This document shows, in pieces, positions 18,590 to 28,200 of a DNA stretch of 64,000 nucleotides (position 1 is its first letter; each line of letters begins with the position of its first letter). Origin of the DNA: an uncultured Pirellulales bacterium (GTDB lineage: Bacteria; Planctomycetota; Phycisphaerae; Sedimentisphaerales; Anaerohalosphaeraceae). The stretch covers positions 2,008-66,007 of the forward strand of contig CAYTHV010000002.1 in assembly GCA_964437685.1 (NCBI GenBank), given 5' to 3'. A program made the translations under genes and the position numbers. The notes beneath the pieces were generated by a model. That model ran no database searches and had not been told where the DNA came from. It saw only the letters and a program-made list of their open reading frames with translations.

Positions 18590-19381
18590 TTATCCTTGCT
18601 TTTTTTTGGTTAATGGGGCGGTGACGATCAACGTGACATCATTATGCTTACAAAGCGATTCCATGCCTGCCTCTGCCTTGTCTGTAATCCATACATCAAA
18701 GTTCTTGAGTTTGGCAATTATAATATTTGACTGTCTATTCCATTTACTGGATGCGGCCAGCAATATCTTTTGGGTACTGTTTCGAATTGCAGCTCGCTTG
18801 AGCATCGCTTCATCATCGAGAGGGCAGGAGACATTTCCATTCGCATCGATGCTGTCGGCGGAGATAAAACATACCTGAAAATTGAAATCCAAAATCTGAT
18901 TTTGACTTACCGGTCCGCTGAGCGACTGAGTGATGGGGTGCAGCCGCCCACCAAGTAAAATATGTGCGATATTCTGTTGGGCGAGTGCAACGGTGATAGT
19001 TACATCATTGGTTACTGCCGTAATGCCTGTCGTAGAAACCTTTGCCATAGCCTGTGCCAGCGGGAGGACTGTTGTGCCTGCATCCAGATAAATGTATCCT
19101 TCTGTGGGGAGAAGCTTTACTGCGGCGGCGGCGATGTGTTCTTTGGCAAGTTTGTCTTTTAAAAGGCGTTCATCCAGCGAAACAGGGTTAGGCATCGCAT
19201 GATTTTTGCGTCTCACACCGCCATGGATCCGTTCGGCAATGCCGCGATTATCAAGTTCCAGCAGGCATCGCTGGACTGTGGATTTGCTGATATTGAGCTT
19301 TTTGGCCAATATAACACTCTTCCAGTACGGCTGTACCTGGAGAAGCGCTATGATTTTTTCAATTTTTTCATCGTGAAACAT
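18590..19381 (-). CDS. DeoR/GlpR-family transcriptional regulator
   Basis: LAKKLNISKSTVQRCLLELD..RIHGG HTH; IYLDAGTT; FISADSI. Confidence 0.93.
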   Translation of the reverse strand: MFHDEKIEKIIALLQVQPYWKSVILAKKLNISKSTVQRCLLELDNRGIAERIHGGVRRKNHAMPNPVSLDERLLKDKLAKEHIAAAAVKLLPTEGYIYLDAGTTVLPLAQAMAKVSTTGITAVTNDVTITVALAQQNIAHILLGGRLHPITQSLSGPVSQNQILDFNFQVCFISADSIDANGNVSCPLDDEAMLKRAAIRNSTQKILLAASSKWNRQSNIIIAKLKNFDVWITDKAEAGMESLCKHNDVTLIVTAPLTKKKQG

Positions 19382-19417
19382 TATGACTAAATATAACTAA
19401 TTATGACTAAATGTCAA
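19380..19417 (-). promoter_or_regulatory. Promoter of the deoR operon overlapped by two 13-bp direct repeats
   Basis: Minus strand TTGACA(19417-19412)-N16-TATATT(19395-19390); ATTATGACTAAAT at 19380-19392 and 19400-19412. Confidence 0.75.
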
Positions 19418-19476
19418 GATTTTTATTAAAAGCCCTGTTTTTGTTTGAAATTTTTGTGGATAACCCGTTGGGGAAT

Positions 19477-19515
19477 AAAAAAAGGCAGGCCTGCTTTTAA
19501 AACAGGCCTGCCTTT
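19477..19515 (-). terminator. Rho-independent terminator of the PEP-CTERM gene
   Basis: AAAGGCAGGCCTG-N9-CAGGCCTGCCTTT with a U-run on the minus strand. Confidence 0.85.
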
Positions 19516-19545
19516 AACTATTGTTATTTAATGAGTTAATATGTT

Positions 19546-20337
19546 TTAGCTGCGTTTTCTTAGAACGGCTAAGCTGCCGAGCAGCAATAAGCCCATCGTG
19601 GCTGGCTCAGGAATACCGAATTCCGTGCGAGCGACATTGCTTACTCGAATCTCGTCAAAAGTTCCACCCATGCTTGAGCTGAAAGGCATGTAGAGGTTCG
19701 CGCTTGTCGGATTCCAAAATCCTCCGGCAAAACTACCACTGGCTTTTTCAACGCCGTCAACGTAAATCATACATCCTGTGTTAGTGCCGTCCCAGGTTCG
19801 GGTAAAGGCAATGTTATGCCAGCTTGTATCCAGTACGCTGTCGGCGGGAGTATATATTTCATACCAGCCGCCATCACCTTTACGAACGCCATAGTCAATT
19901 CGAAATGTCGCGGGTGAGGCACCATGCTCTACAAGATAAGAACGTGCAAAAGCAGATTCCTCTGCATAAAAAAGGTTGCCCAGCTCGCCTATATAGGCAT
20001 AGTTCCATTTGAAATAAAATTCAATTGTGTAGCTGGCAGTCAATCCGGTTAACGCACCCATATTGATGCCTGTGCTACCGCCCATGGAAACGCCTAAACC
20101 ATTACCGAAATCACCTGTAGTCCAATTGGGTGTACCATTTACTACCGTACCGTTGTGGGCTGTTCGGCCTGTACTGGCATCATCCAGCACGGTTGTTCCA
20201 CTGGATTGATTTAGATGGTACAATGCCAATGTAGAAGAATCATCGGCATATTCACCCGGTACAAAAGTTGCCGTAGCCGTACAAGTCAGCAGAACGACTG
20301 CTGAGAGCATAAATAACGCTTTTCCTAACCTCTTCAT
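19546..20337 (-). CDS. LamG-like jelly-roll protein with PEP-CTERM anchor
   Basis: Signal peptide; TLALYHLNQSSG...WHNIAFT...IYVDG...FDEIRVS; terminal IPEPATMGLLLLGSLAVLRKRS. Confidence 0.92.
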   Translation of the reverse strand: MKRLGKALFMLSAVVLLTCTATATFVPGEYADDSSTLALYHLNQSSGTTVLDDASTGRTAHNGTVVNGTPNWTTGDFGNGLGVSMGGSTGINMGALTGLTASYTIEFYFKWNYAYIGELGNLFYAEESAFARSYLVEHGASPATFRIDYGVRKGDGGWYEIYTPADSVLDTSWHNIAFTRTWDGTNTGCMIYVDGVEKASGSFAGGFWNPTSANLYMPFSSSMGGTFDEIRVSNVARTEFGIPEPATMGLLLLGSLAVLRKRS

Positions 20338-20428
20338 TGTTCTTTCCTCCACGAAAAATTGAACTTCAATTATTCACGCAAGATGACGCATCTTGCATCA
20401 CATCAAAATTGTTCAAGCAAGTCAATAG

Positions 20429-20471
20429 TTGAATACGTATTCAATATATATGTTTGTGGTGCTAAAGTCAA
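20429..20471 (-). promoter_or_regulatory. Promoter and LacI-type operator for the PEP-CTERM gene
   Basis: Minus strand TTGACT-N17-TATATT; perfect palindrome TTGAATACGTATTCAA at 20429-20444. Confidence 0.75.
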
Positions 20472-20518
20472 TAAAAATATAAAAAATCTATTAAATTAAA
20501 AATATTAATGTTTTTTAG

Positions 20519-20562
20519 TAGACATTCTGTCGACGTTGAATTATAATTGAGTACGTATTAAA
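20519..20562 (+). promoter_or_regulatory. Promoter and second LacI-type operator for the lacI operon
   Basis: TAGACA-N17-TATAAT; TTGAGTACGTATTAAA at 20547-20562 (14/16 match to the palindrome). Confidence 0.75.
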
Positions 20563-20599
20563 CATTCTTGTTTGATTGTAGAAAGTGTGATTTAGATAA

Positions 20600-21694
20600 A
20601 TGAACACAGAGATTATAGAAAAAACAAGAAAACGACCTGCTCGGTTGGCAAAGATGGACAGATCCTCGGCCGTAAAGGGTGGCCCTATAACCCAGAAAGA
20701 CCTTGCTCGCCTTGCTGGCGTCAGCATGACTACCATCTATAACAGCTTGCACGCAAAAGAGTTAGTACACCCTGAAACACGCGAATTGATAGACCGTTTG
20801 ATGGAGGAATATGATTATCAACCTAATGGGATTGCCCGTGCGATGGTGCGTGGTAAAACCGAAGTTCTTGGTATTCTTGTTCCCCGTATTGATGTTCGTT
20901 TTTATAGTGAAATTGTGGCGGCAATTGAACAGTCTGTGAATCATAGCGGCTATAGCTGTATCATTTGCCAGCATTTGGATGATGTGCTAAAAGAAGAGAG
21001 GGAAATACGGATGATGCGGGAACGCCGTGTTGATGGTATGATCATCCGTGCCAGCGGCCGCAGGGAACAGGCTGAGATGTATCATCAGTTGGACAGGGCG
21101 GGTATTCCATTTGTGCTTGTTGACCGTACAATTCCCGGATTAGAGGACCGTTTTGTAGGCGCTGACGGTCTTAATGACAGTTGCGAAATTACAGAATACC
21201 TTATCCGCAAGGGCCATAAACGTATTGCGGTGACTGTTTGGCCTGAAAGTTCACAGAAACTTGGCGTAAAGTATGATGGATATCGTTTGGCACTGGAACG
21301 ACATGGCATCGAATTTGATGAACGATTGGTGATGATGTGTTCGACCGAGTATTTTGCCGGTCGCGAAGAAACCTTGGATATGATGCGACGGGTGGGGCCT
21401 GATAAACCTACAGCGATTCTTTCACTTAATGATACGTCAATTTTGGGTGTGATTCAGGGGTTATTGGAGTTGGGCATGTCGATTCCCGATGATGTTGCAG
21501 TGACCAATATTGGGGGTCATATTTCTGATTCACTTGGAGCTCTTTCTCGGCTTCGATTAACTTGTTCGGTTACACCATGCGAAACGATAGGTCGTGAGGC
21601 GGCAAGAATGCTATCCTCACAGATTGATGGTGAAAGTTGGCGGCGAGGTCCTATTCTGTGTCCCTCACAAATTCGAGTTGGCAACTCCGCTTAG
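20600..21694 (+). CDS. LacI-family transcriptional regulator
   Basis: ITQKDLARLAGVSMTTIYNSL HTH, YQPNGIARAM hinge, GHKRIA, IPDDVAV. Confidence 0.95.
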   Translation: MNTEIIEKTRKRPARLAKMDRSSAVKGGPITQKDLARLAGVSMTTIYNSLHAKELVHPETRELIDRLMEEYDYQPNGIARAMVRGKTEVLGILVPRIDVRFYSEIVAAIEQSVNHSGYSCIICQHLDDVLKEEREIRMMRERRVDGMIIRASGRREQAEMYHQLDRAGIPFVLVDRTIPGLEDRFVGADGLNDSCEITEYLIRKGHKRIAVTVWPESSQKLGVKYDGYRLALERHGIEFDERLVMMCSTEYFAGREETLDMMRRVGPDKPTAILSLNDTSILGVIQGLLELGMSIPDDVAVTNIGGHISDSLGALSRLRLTCSVTPCETIGREAARMLSSQIDGESWRRGPILCPSQIRVGNSA

Positions 21695-21782
21695 CAGAGC
21701 ATAAATAAATCTGAATGAAAAAAATCCTGCCGTGTAAGCAGGATGTGATTTGGTGAGAAAAATATAACGGAGGTTAATTAAG

Positions 21783-23372
21783 ATGAGGACAAATAAAATT
21801 CCAACGACGATGTGCGTGGTTGCAGGTTGTCTGCTGATGGCAGGGGTGGCATCAGGATTTAATCCGGGTCAATATGCTGATGATTCTTCGACATTGGCGT
21901 TGTACCACCTGAATCAATCCAGTGGAACAACCGTGCTGGATGATGCCAGTACAGGCCGAACAGCCCACAATGGCACGGTCATTAATGGCACACCCAATTG
22001 GACCACAGGCGATTTCGGCAACGGCTTAGGTGTTTCCATGGGCGGCAGCACAAGCATCAATATGGGCGCATTGACCGGGCTGACAGCCAACTACACCATT
22101 GAGTTCTATTTCAAGTGGGATTATGCCTATGTGAGTGAACTGGGCAATCTTTTTTATGCAGAGGAATCTGCTTTCGCACGCTCCTATCTTGTAGATCAGG
22201 GTGCATCGCCCGCGACATTTCGAATTGACTATGGCGTTCGTAAAGGCGATGGCGGCTGGTATGAGATATATACTCCCACTGATAATACACTTGACACCAA
22301 CTGGCACCATATTGCTTTCACTCGGACCTGGGATGGCACCAATACAGGGTGCAAAATTTATATTGACGGCGTTGAGAAGGCCAGCGGCAGTTTTGCCGGA
22401 GGATTTTGGAATCCCCCAAGCGCGAATCTTTACATGCCCTTTAGCTCAAGCATGGGGGGAACTTTCGACGAAATTCGTGTAAGCAATGTCGCTCGGTTGT
22501 CATCTGAACTTGGAGTTGCTCCAAAAGCGTCTGATATCAGCAATGACGGCATGGTTGACTTTGCGGATTTTGCCCTTCTTGCAAAAGATTGGATGACATG
22601 TACTGACCCGACTGGACTTGACTGTGTAAACTGCAATGAGCTTGTGTTTGCACCATCAGTCGTGGAAGCCGATACCGTGGCATTATGGCATCTGGATGAA
22701 GGCGCGGGCACAACGGCCTATGACGAAACCAGCAATCATTACCCGCTTACTATTAATGCGAGTGGATTTGACTATAACTGGGCGGTGGGTCGATTTGATA
22801 AAGGACTTAATGCCACCGGGGCTAATACATCTTATTGTCTATCCGCGGCTTTGCCAATAGCGAATCCGAGCAATATTACCAATCAAATGGCCATTTCAGC
22901 ATGGGTACGGCCTTCAGGGGTTTCAGCAGATGGCAGTTATGCTGTAGGCACGGATACTTCCTCATTCATTCGCTTTACCCGAACAGGGGAAGGGCCGATA
23001 GTTGTTGACGCTGGTTTTTATACCTGGGCAAATCATGGTACTTGGGTTCAGGCCTCCAAGGAAATAGGTACATTCGACGGCAACTGGCATCATGTAGCAG
23101 CCGTTTATGATGGTGTCCCTGACGGAAGCGGCAATGCAAACATATATCTGTACTGGGATGGAGTAGTTGCTGCAACAACATCGGTTGCAGCGAATACGGA
23201 TATAGAGGTCGGACATGAAGGTCGTACGGGTTTGACTTTGGTGGATACCGGTACAGGTCAGCTTCGTATTGGAGGTAGCGGTTCGGCGACTCAGTCATTC
23301 CAGGGTACGATCGATGAAGTCAGAGTTGATAATACGGCGCGTACTTCGTTTTTTGGAACGGCATGTGATTAA
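21783..23372 (+). CDS. Secreted LamG-dockerin-like-LamG protein
   Basis: Signal peptide; LamG1 about 90% identical to the PEP-CTERM protein; EF-hand SDISNDGMVDFADFALLAKDW; second LamG (TVALWHLDEGAG...WHHVAAVYDG...IDEVRV). Confidence 0.88.
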   Translation: MRTNKIPTTMCVVAGCLLMAGVASGFNPGQYADDSSTLALYHLNQSSGTTVLDDASTGRTAHNGTVINGTPNWTTGDFGNGLGVSMGGSTSINMGALTGLTANYTIEFYFKWDYAYVSELGNLFYAEESAFARSYLVDQGASPATFRIDYGVRKGDGGWYEIYTPTDNTLDTNWHHIAFTRTWDGTNTGCKIYIDGVEKASGSFAGGFWNPPSANLYMPFSSSMGGTFDEIRVSNVARLSSELGVAPKASDISNDGMVDFADFALLAKDWMTCTDPTGLDCVNCNELVFAPSVVEADTVALWHLDEGAGTTAYDETSNHYPLTINASGFDYNWAVGRFDKGLNATGANTSYCLSAALPIANPSNITNQMAISAWVRPSGVSADGSYAVGTDTSSFIRFTRTGEGPIVVDAGFYTWANHGTWVQASKEIGTFDGNWHHVAAVYDGVPDGSGNANIYLYWDGVVAATTSVAANTDIEVGHEGRTGLTLVDTGTGQLRIGGSGSATQSFQGTIDEVRVDNTARTSFFGTACD

Positions 23373-23444
23373 TAATGTCCATAATGAAAATAAATAACGC
23401 TTCCGCATGATCTGCGAAGCGAGATTTTGGAAAAGGAGATTAAC

Positions 23445-24272
23445 ATGATGAATAGAAAGATTTTTATAGCAAGCGTCAGCCTGATTTCGGGTTTAGCGAT
23501 GTTACTTGGCGGGACTGCAATTGCCGATCAATGTGTCGGTGAGTACGCAGTCGATGATTCGACATTGGGACTGTGGCATTTCAACGATGGCATTGGTACA
23601 GCCGCTTTGGATGACAGCGGGAATGGTTATGATGGTATTTTCGAAGGTAATCCTCTGCCGACATGGGATACTGGCCGTTTCGGCAGTGGAGTACATCTGA
23701 CACGTGAAGGTGACAACGGTGTAAAATTGGGGGCGTTGACTGCTCTTGCGGCTGGTTATACTCTGGAAATGTATTTTAAATGGGATTATGCGTATGTGGC
23801 CGAGCTTGGCTATCTGTTTTCAATTGATGATGCGGCGTTTGCACGAATGTATCTCGTTGAACATGGCGCAATGCCGGCTACCTACCAAATTCAATATAGT
23901 GTTCGTAAGGGGGATGGTGCATGGCCTACAATCAGTACTCCGGCAGACAGCACGCTTGATACGAATTGGCATCATCTGGCCTTTACCCGTTCATGGGATG
24001 GTACGACCACGGGCTATGCCATTTATATTGATGGCAATCTTGCTGCCAGTGGCAGTTATGCGGGTGGATTCTGGGATCCACATTATGACGCCTATCTCGG
24101 CAGCGCCGGCAGCTTAAATAGCGTTGGCGGGACTTTTGATGAGGTGCGTTTTAGCCCTGTAGTGCGGACGAGTTTCCAGAATGACTGGGGACATCGAAAA
24201 GGCGATATCAACCAGGATTGTTATGTTGACCTTGAAGATGTCGCCTTGCTGGTCGCCGAATGGCTCCAGTAA
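23445..24272 (+). CDS. Secreted LamG protein with C-terminal dockerin-like EF-hand
   Basis: Signal peptide after AAGGAG SD; paralogous LamG; GDINQDCYVDLEDVALLVAEWLQ. Confidence 0.88.
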   Translation: MMNRKIFIASVSLISGLAMLLGGTAIADQCVGEYAVDDSTLGLWHFNDGIGTAALDDSGNGYDGIFEGNPLPTWDTGRFGSGVHLTREGDNGVKLGALTALAAGYTLEMYFKWDYAYVAELGYLFSIDDAAFARMYLVEHGAMPATYQIQYSVRKGDGAWPTISTPADSTLDTNWHHLAFTRSWDGTTTGYAIYIDGNLAASGSYAGGFWDPHYDAYLGSAGSLNSVGGTFDEVRFSPVVRTSFQNDWGHRKGDINQDCYVDLEDVALLVAEWLQ

Positions 24273-24358
24273 AATCAGGATTATTGAATTTAAACAATGA
24301 ATATGTTGAAGTGCTTTCCCTGCAAAAGTCAATTATGTCGGTGAGAAAGTGAGAATGT

Positions 24359-25213
24359 ATGGTGCAGAAAAAAGGTAGAACTATCTACGGTTTCACGTTG
24401 ATTGAACTGCTGGTGGTTATTTCGATTATTGCCCTGTTGCTGTCAATTCTTATGCCCGCGCTGACCAGTGCACGTGAGCAGGCAAAGCAGGTAATTTGTA
24501 TGGGCAATATGCGGCAGCTTGGTATGGCGTCCGCAACTTATGCGGCTACAACCGGTTATCTGCCTGTGTATGGTCTTTACCTTAGTGCCGCAAGGCCTTA
24601 TGCTTCATATGACCCTTTAACAGGAGTTGATGGTTCAGGCACCGGCATAACGATAACGAACTGGAAAGACCCTGCTGTGTTCGGTACCCCTGCGGCATGT
24701 CTTATCAAAAATGGAGATTTAGAGGATTCTAAATCATTTGAGGGTGCTTGTCCTACAACCCGGGGGCTTGTTCGTCTTAGTTATGGCTATAACTATGGTA
24801 ATCTTGGTTCATCCAGTCGGCCGTTGGACTTGAATTTGCAGAGTGCTGGGACGGGCAAAGAATATGTGAAACTGACGGATGTACAGAGGCCTTCCGAAAC
24901 AGGCATGTATTGTGATGGGACAACCGGCGGCAACAATACGGGAGGAAAACCGCCACGGTTAGTCGGTTACGGTATCTATTACTGGGAGCCGAGTTTATGG
25001 CCTGATTATGAAGGTACTCCTACTTCTTATTCACCGTATGCTGTCATGGGACATAAAAAAGGTAAACAGATTGACATTGCTTTTGTTGATGGTCACACAT
25101 CGTCACTGCCTCCCAGTGTACTACACTTAAGGAAGCGGCATGCCTATGTTCCAAGTGACAATGGCGACAGGATTTGGCGTCGTATAAAAAACATGCCTGG
25201 TAATAAACAGTAG
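24359..25213 (+). CDS. Prepilin-type N-methylation domain protein (DUF1559 / H-X9-DG type)
   Basis: G|FTLIELLVVISIIALLLSILMPAL..AREQAK..C..NMRQLG; C-terminal H-X11-DGH. Confidence 0.92.
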   Translation: MVQKKGRTIYGFTLIELLVVISIIALLLSILMPALTSAREQAKQVICMGNMRQLGMASATYAATTGYLPVYGLYLSAARPYASYDPLTGVDGSGTGITITNWKDPAVFGTPAACLIKNGDLEDSKSFEGACPTTRGLVRLSYGYNYGNLGSSSRPLDLNLQSAGTGKEYVKLTDVQRPSETGMYCDGTTGGNNTGGKPPRLVGYGIYYWEPSLWPDYEGTPTSYSPYAVMGHKKGKQIDIAFVDGHTSSLPPSVLHLRKRHAYVPSDNGDRIWRRIKNMPGNKQ

Positions 25214-25273
25214 AATAAATTGATCCATGAGATAATGGAGAGTATCAGCCGATAAGGCTTTGGGAGTCGCTTT

Positions 25274-28200
25274 ATGCGCAGTGTCCTATTTACAGTTACT
25301 ACGATATTTATTCTTTTTGCTGCGGTTGTGTATGCAGACTTTGATTCGGGTCAGTGTGCATTTGATGACTCTACGCTTGCCTTATGGCATAGTGATGAAG
25401 GTACTGGGACTGTACTTGCGGATGCGACAGGGAATAATCATGCTGCCAGTCTCATTGGGTTGACCAAGCCCCAGTGGGCTTCACCGGGGCTTTTTGGCGG
25501 GAAGGGGTTATTCCTGACTTATGGATATAACAATTCTCCAAACAAATATGGCGCTATTCAACTGGACAGCGGGCTGTTAAATCACCAGAATCTTACTCTG
25601 GAAATGTACGTGAACTGGGTTTACCAGTCTGTCGGCGCCAATCCATCTGACTACGGTTCTTTAGGATATCTTGTGAATGACGGCACGAATATGTATGTTA
25701 AAACCTATATGGATTACAGTGTGCCGCCGTTTTTGCGTTGTAAATTGATTTTTGGTGTGCAGACCTCGGCCGGATTACTTGAGATTTCGACGCCGGGAAC
25801 CTATTCATTACAGCATGAAATGTGGACACAAGCTGCATTTACCAGAGAATATTCAGGCGGTAACACCACCATAAAAATCTATATCAATGGTCAATTGGCG
25901 GTCACCGGCAGCAAAGCCGGAACTCCTGTGATGGGTGGAGGTTTTGCGCAGATTGGCTCGACTATTTATAATACGGTCTCATGGGGCGGCGATATTGACG
26001 ACATACGATTGAGTGATGTGGCGCGAACAACTTTTTGTAATGGCTCATTGCCTCGCTGCGGTGACTGGGGAAAAATGGGCGGCGATCTCAACAGTAACTG
26101 CTATCTCGATCTTTTTGACCTTTTATTATTTGCGCAGTACTGGTTGAATTGCAGCGGCGGAGTTGGCGATATTAACCACAGCGGTTGTGTGAATTTTAGT
26201 GATTTCAGTATCCTTTCCGATACATGGCTGACCTGTACTGATCCTTGCAATTCGACGGTTTGCAATTATGCTTATGACGAAGTGGTCGATCTTGAAAATG
26301 AACATTATCTCTGCCAGTTGAGTGTTGGAAGCGGTTTGAATACTCGGTCTGGTCTTCGATGGCTGAGGCTATTCAATAAGAATCTGCAAACGGAGTATCT
26401 CAATAAAGAAACGCAAATGCCGCTGTTTATGGTGTTTGGTGACGGCTTTGTAGTGGATTCGACAGATTTTATTATCGGCAGTGTTACAAAAAGCCAGACC
26501 AATGGGATTTGGCAGTGGCATATTCCAATGACGTGTTCCTCGCAGCAGTTGACAGCGGAACTGGTTGTTAATGTTGACGGTACGGAAAAAATGAACTGGG
26601 CATTAAATGTTAATAATACCGCAGCCAGCACGAGAAAGCTTCAGCCGGTTTTCCCCGTGATGGGACGAGTTGATATTGGGAATTCACTGGCGGACAATCA
26701 TTATTTCGTTCCCTGGCGGAGCGGGATTGTCGGCAAGATTGATTGCGATCTTAAATATGAATACGGCAACCTTGCCTGGATGCAGGTTTTCAGCGTATTC
26801 AATCCGACAATCGGCGCGGGTCTTTACACATATCCGATGGATTCGAATGGCGGATTTAAAGGGATGCTGTTTAAAAAGTCATATGCTTTTGGAACGACAA
26901 CGGTAAAACATGCAGAAGTAACCCTGCCAAGAGAACGGCCATATATTTCCGATGTTACCGCGCCGACGGATTTGCTGGCGGGGGTAATCAAAGGGATAGG
27001 CTTTACCTATTACTATCCAAGGATTAGTGTTGCGGCGGGAGGGCAATATGCGCTGCCGCAGACCGTCATCGGGGTATATCAGGGCGGTTGGAAAGAAGCA
27101 TTGAAAGATTATAGTACTTGGGCGCATACCTGGTACACCCATGTCGATACGCCGCAATGGCTCAAGAATTGTTTTAATAGCGTTGGCGGATGGCCGGGAT
27201 GGTATTGCGATAGTACGAGCCATACTTACACACGCAGCCAGACGATGCATGATCCTGACCCGATGCATTTGGAACAATGGTATGGCTGGTGGGATGGCTG
27301 GGAGGCTGCGTATGCCGCGAATTCGCCATTTCATGGTGCGGGGGATTTCTATTATAATGAGCTTCGGGGAGGCCTGACAGCATTTAAGAATGAAATTGAA
27401 ACCATTCAGGCTAAAGGGAGCAGAATGACGGTTTATATCGACAATCGATTCTGCTGGGATATGACCGATATCGGCCAGTTGCATGGTCAGGCATGGGCGG
27501 TGATGGATCCGCCGGGTGTCTATGCGACTTATCAACGGGCGGAAGACAAGTGGATGATGTGTTCGTATGAGCCGAATGCGTGGGTTGACTGGCTTTCTCA
27601 GACCTGTGGCAGGATTGTACGCGATACGGGTATGGATGGTATCTATCTGGATGAGCTGCCGTTGATGTTCCCTTGTTATAATACAAATCATGTTCATTAC
27701 CAGCAGGACGGTGCTCCATTTTCAGTTGACCGTATGCGGCAGTTTCTGACTAAATCGCGTAACGCGATGCGGCAGGAAAATCCTGAGGCGATCTTGATGA
27801 CCGAGCATGCGGGCAGTGATTATTTTACGCAATTCTATGACAGCTCATGGTCGCAGACATACTACAAAGCCGGGTTTCCCTTTGCGGAACAATATTTTGA
27901 TGAGGACAGTCTGAATTATTTCAGATTTTGTTTCCCTGAGTTTAAGCTGCTTGAATGGGGACCTGCGGATGACTGGGAAAGACGCACATTCTTTAACGGT
28001 ATCGGCATCTGTGACTATCCACTTTCCGGCATTAGCCAGCAGGCCGGACAGGTGATGAAAGAAAATGGCGACGTATTTGCGTCGTTGAGCCCCGAACCGC
28101 TGGTAGCGACAAAAATTGCCCGGGTATTGGCAAATAAATTTCCAATTGCTAATAAGGTTCTTTATACCATTTACAATAAAACAGCCGATGATTTTAATAT

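Larger units (their letters stand above)
19628..22495. repeat. 632-bp inverted duplication (19628-20259 on minus, 21864-22495 on plus)
   Basis: Gap-free alignment, mostly synonymous differences, 59-bp perfect tract (20153-20211 / 21912-21970). Confidence 0.95.

Noticed and set aside
19455-19463. Perfect DnaA box TGTGGATAA suggesting oriC
   Set aside because: A single box with no cluster, no DUE and no dnaA/dnaN context
19628-22495. Diversity-generating retroelement (template/variable repeat pair)
   Set aside because: Differences are mainly synonymous C/T third-position changes rather than adenine-specific, and there is no reverse transcriptase in the window
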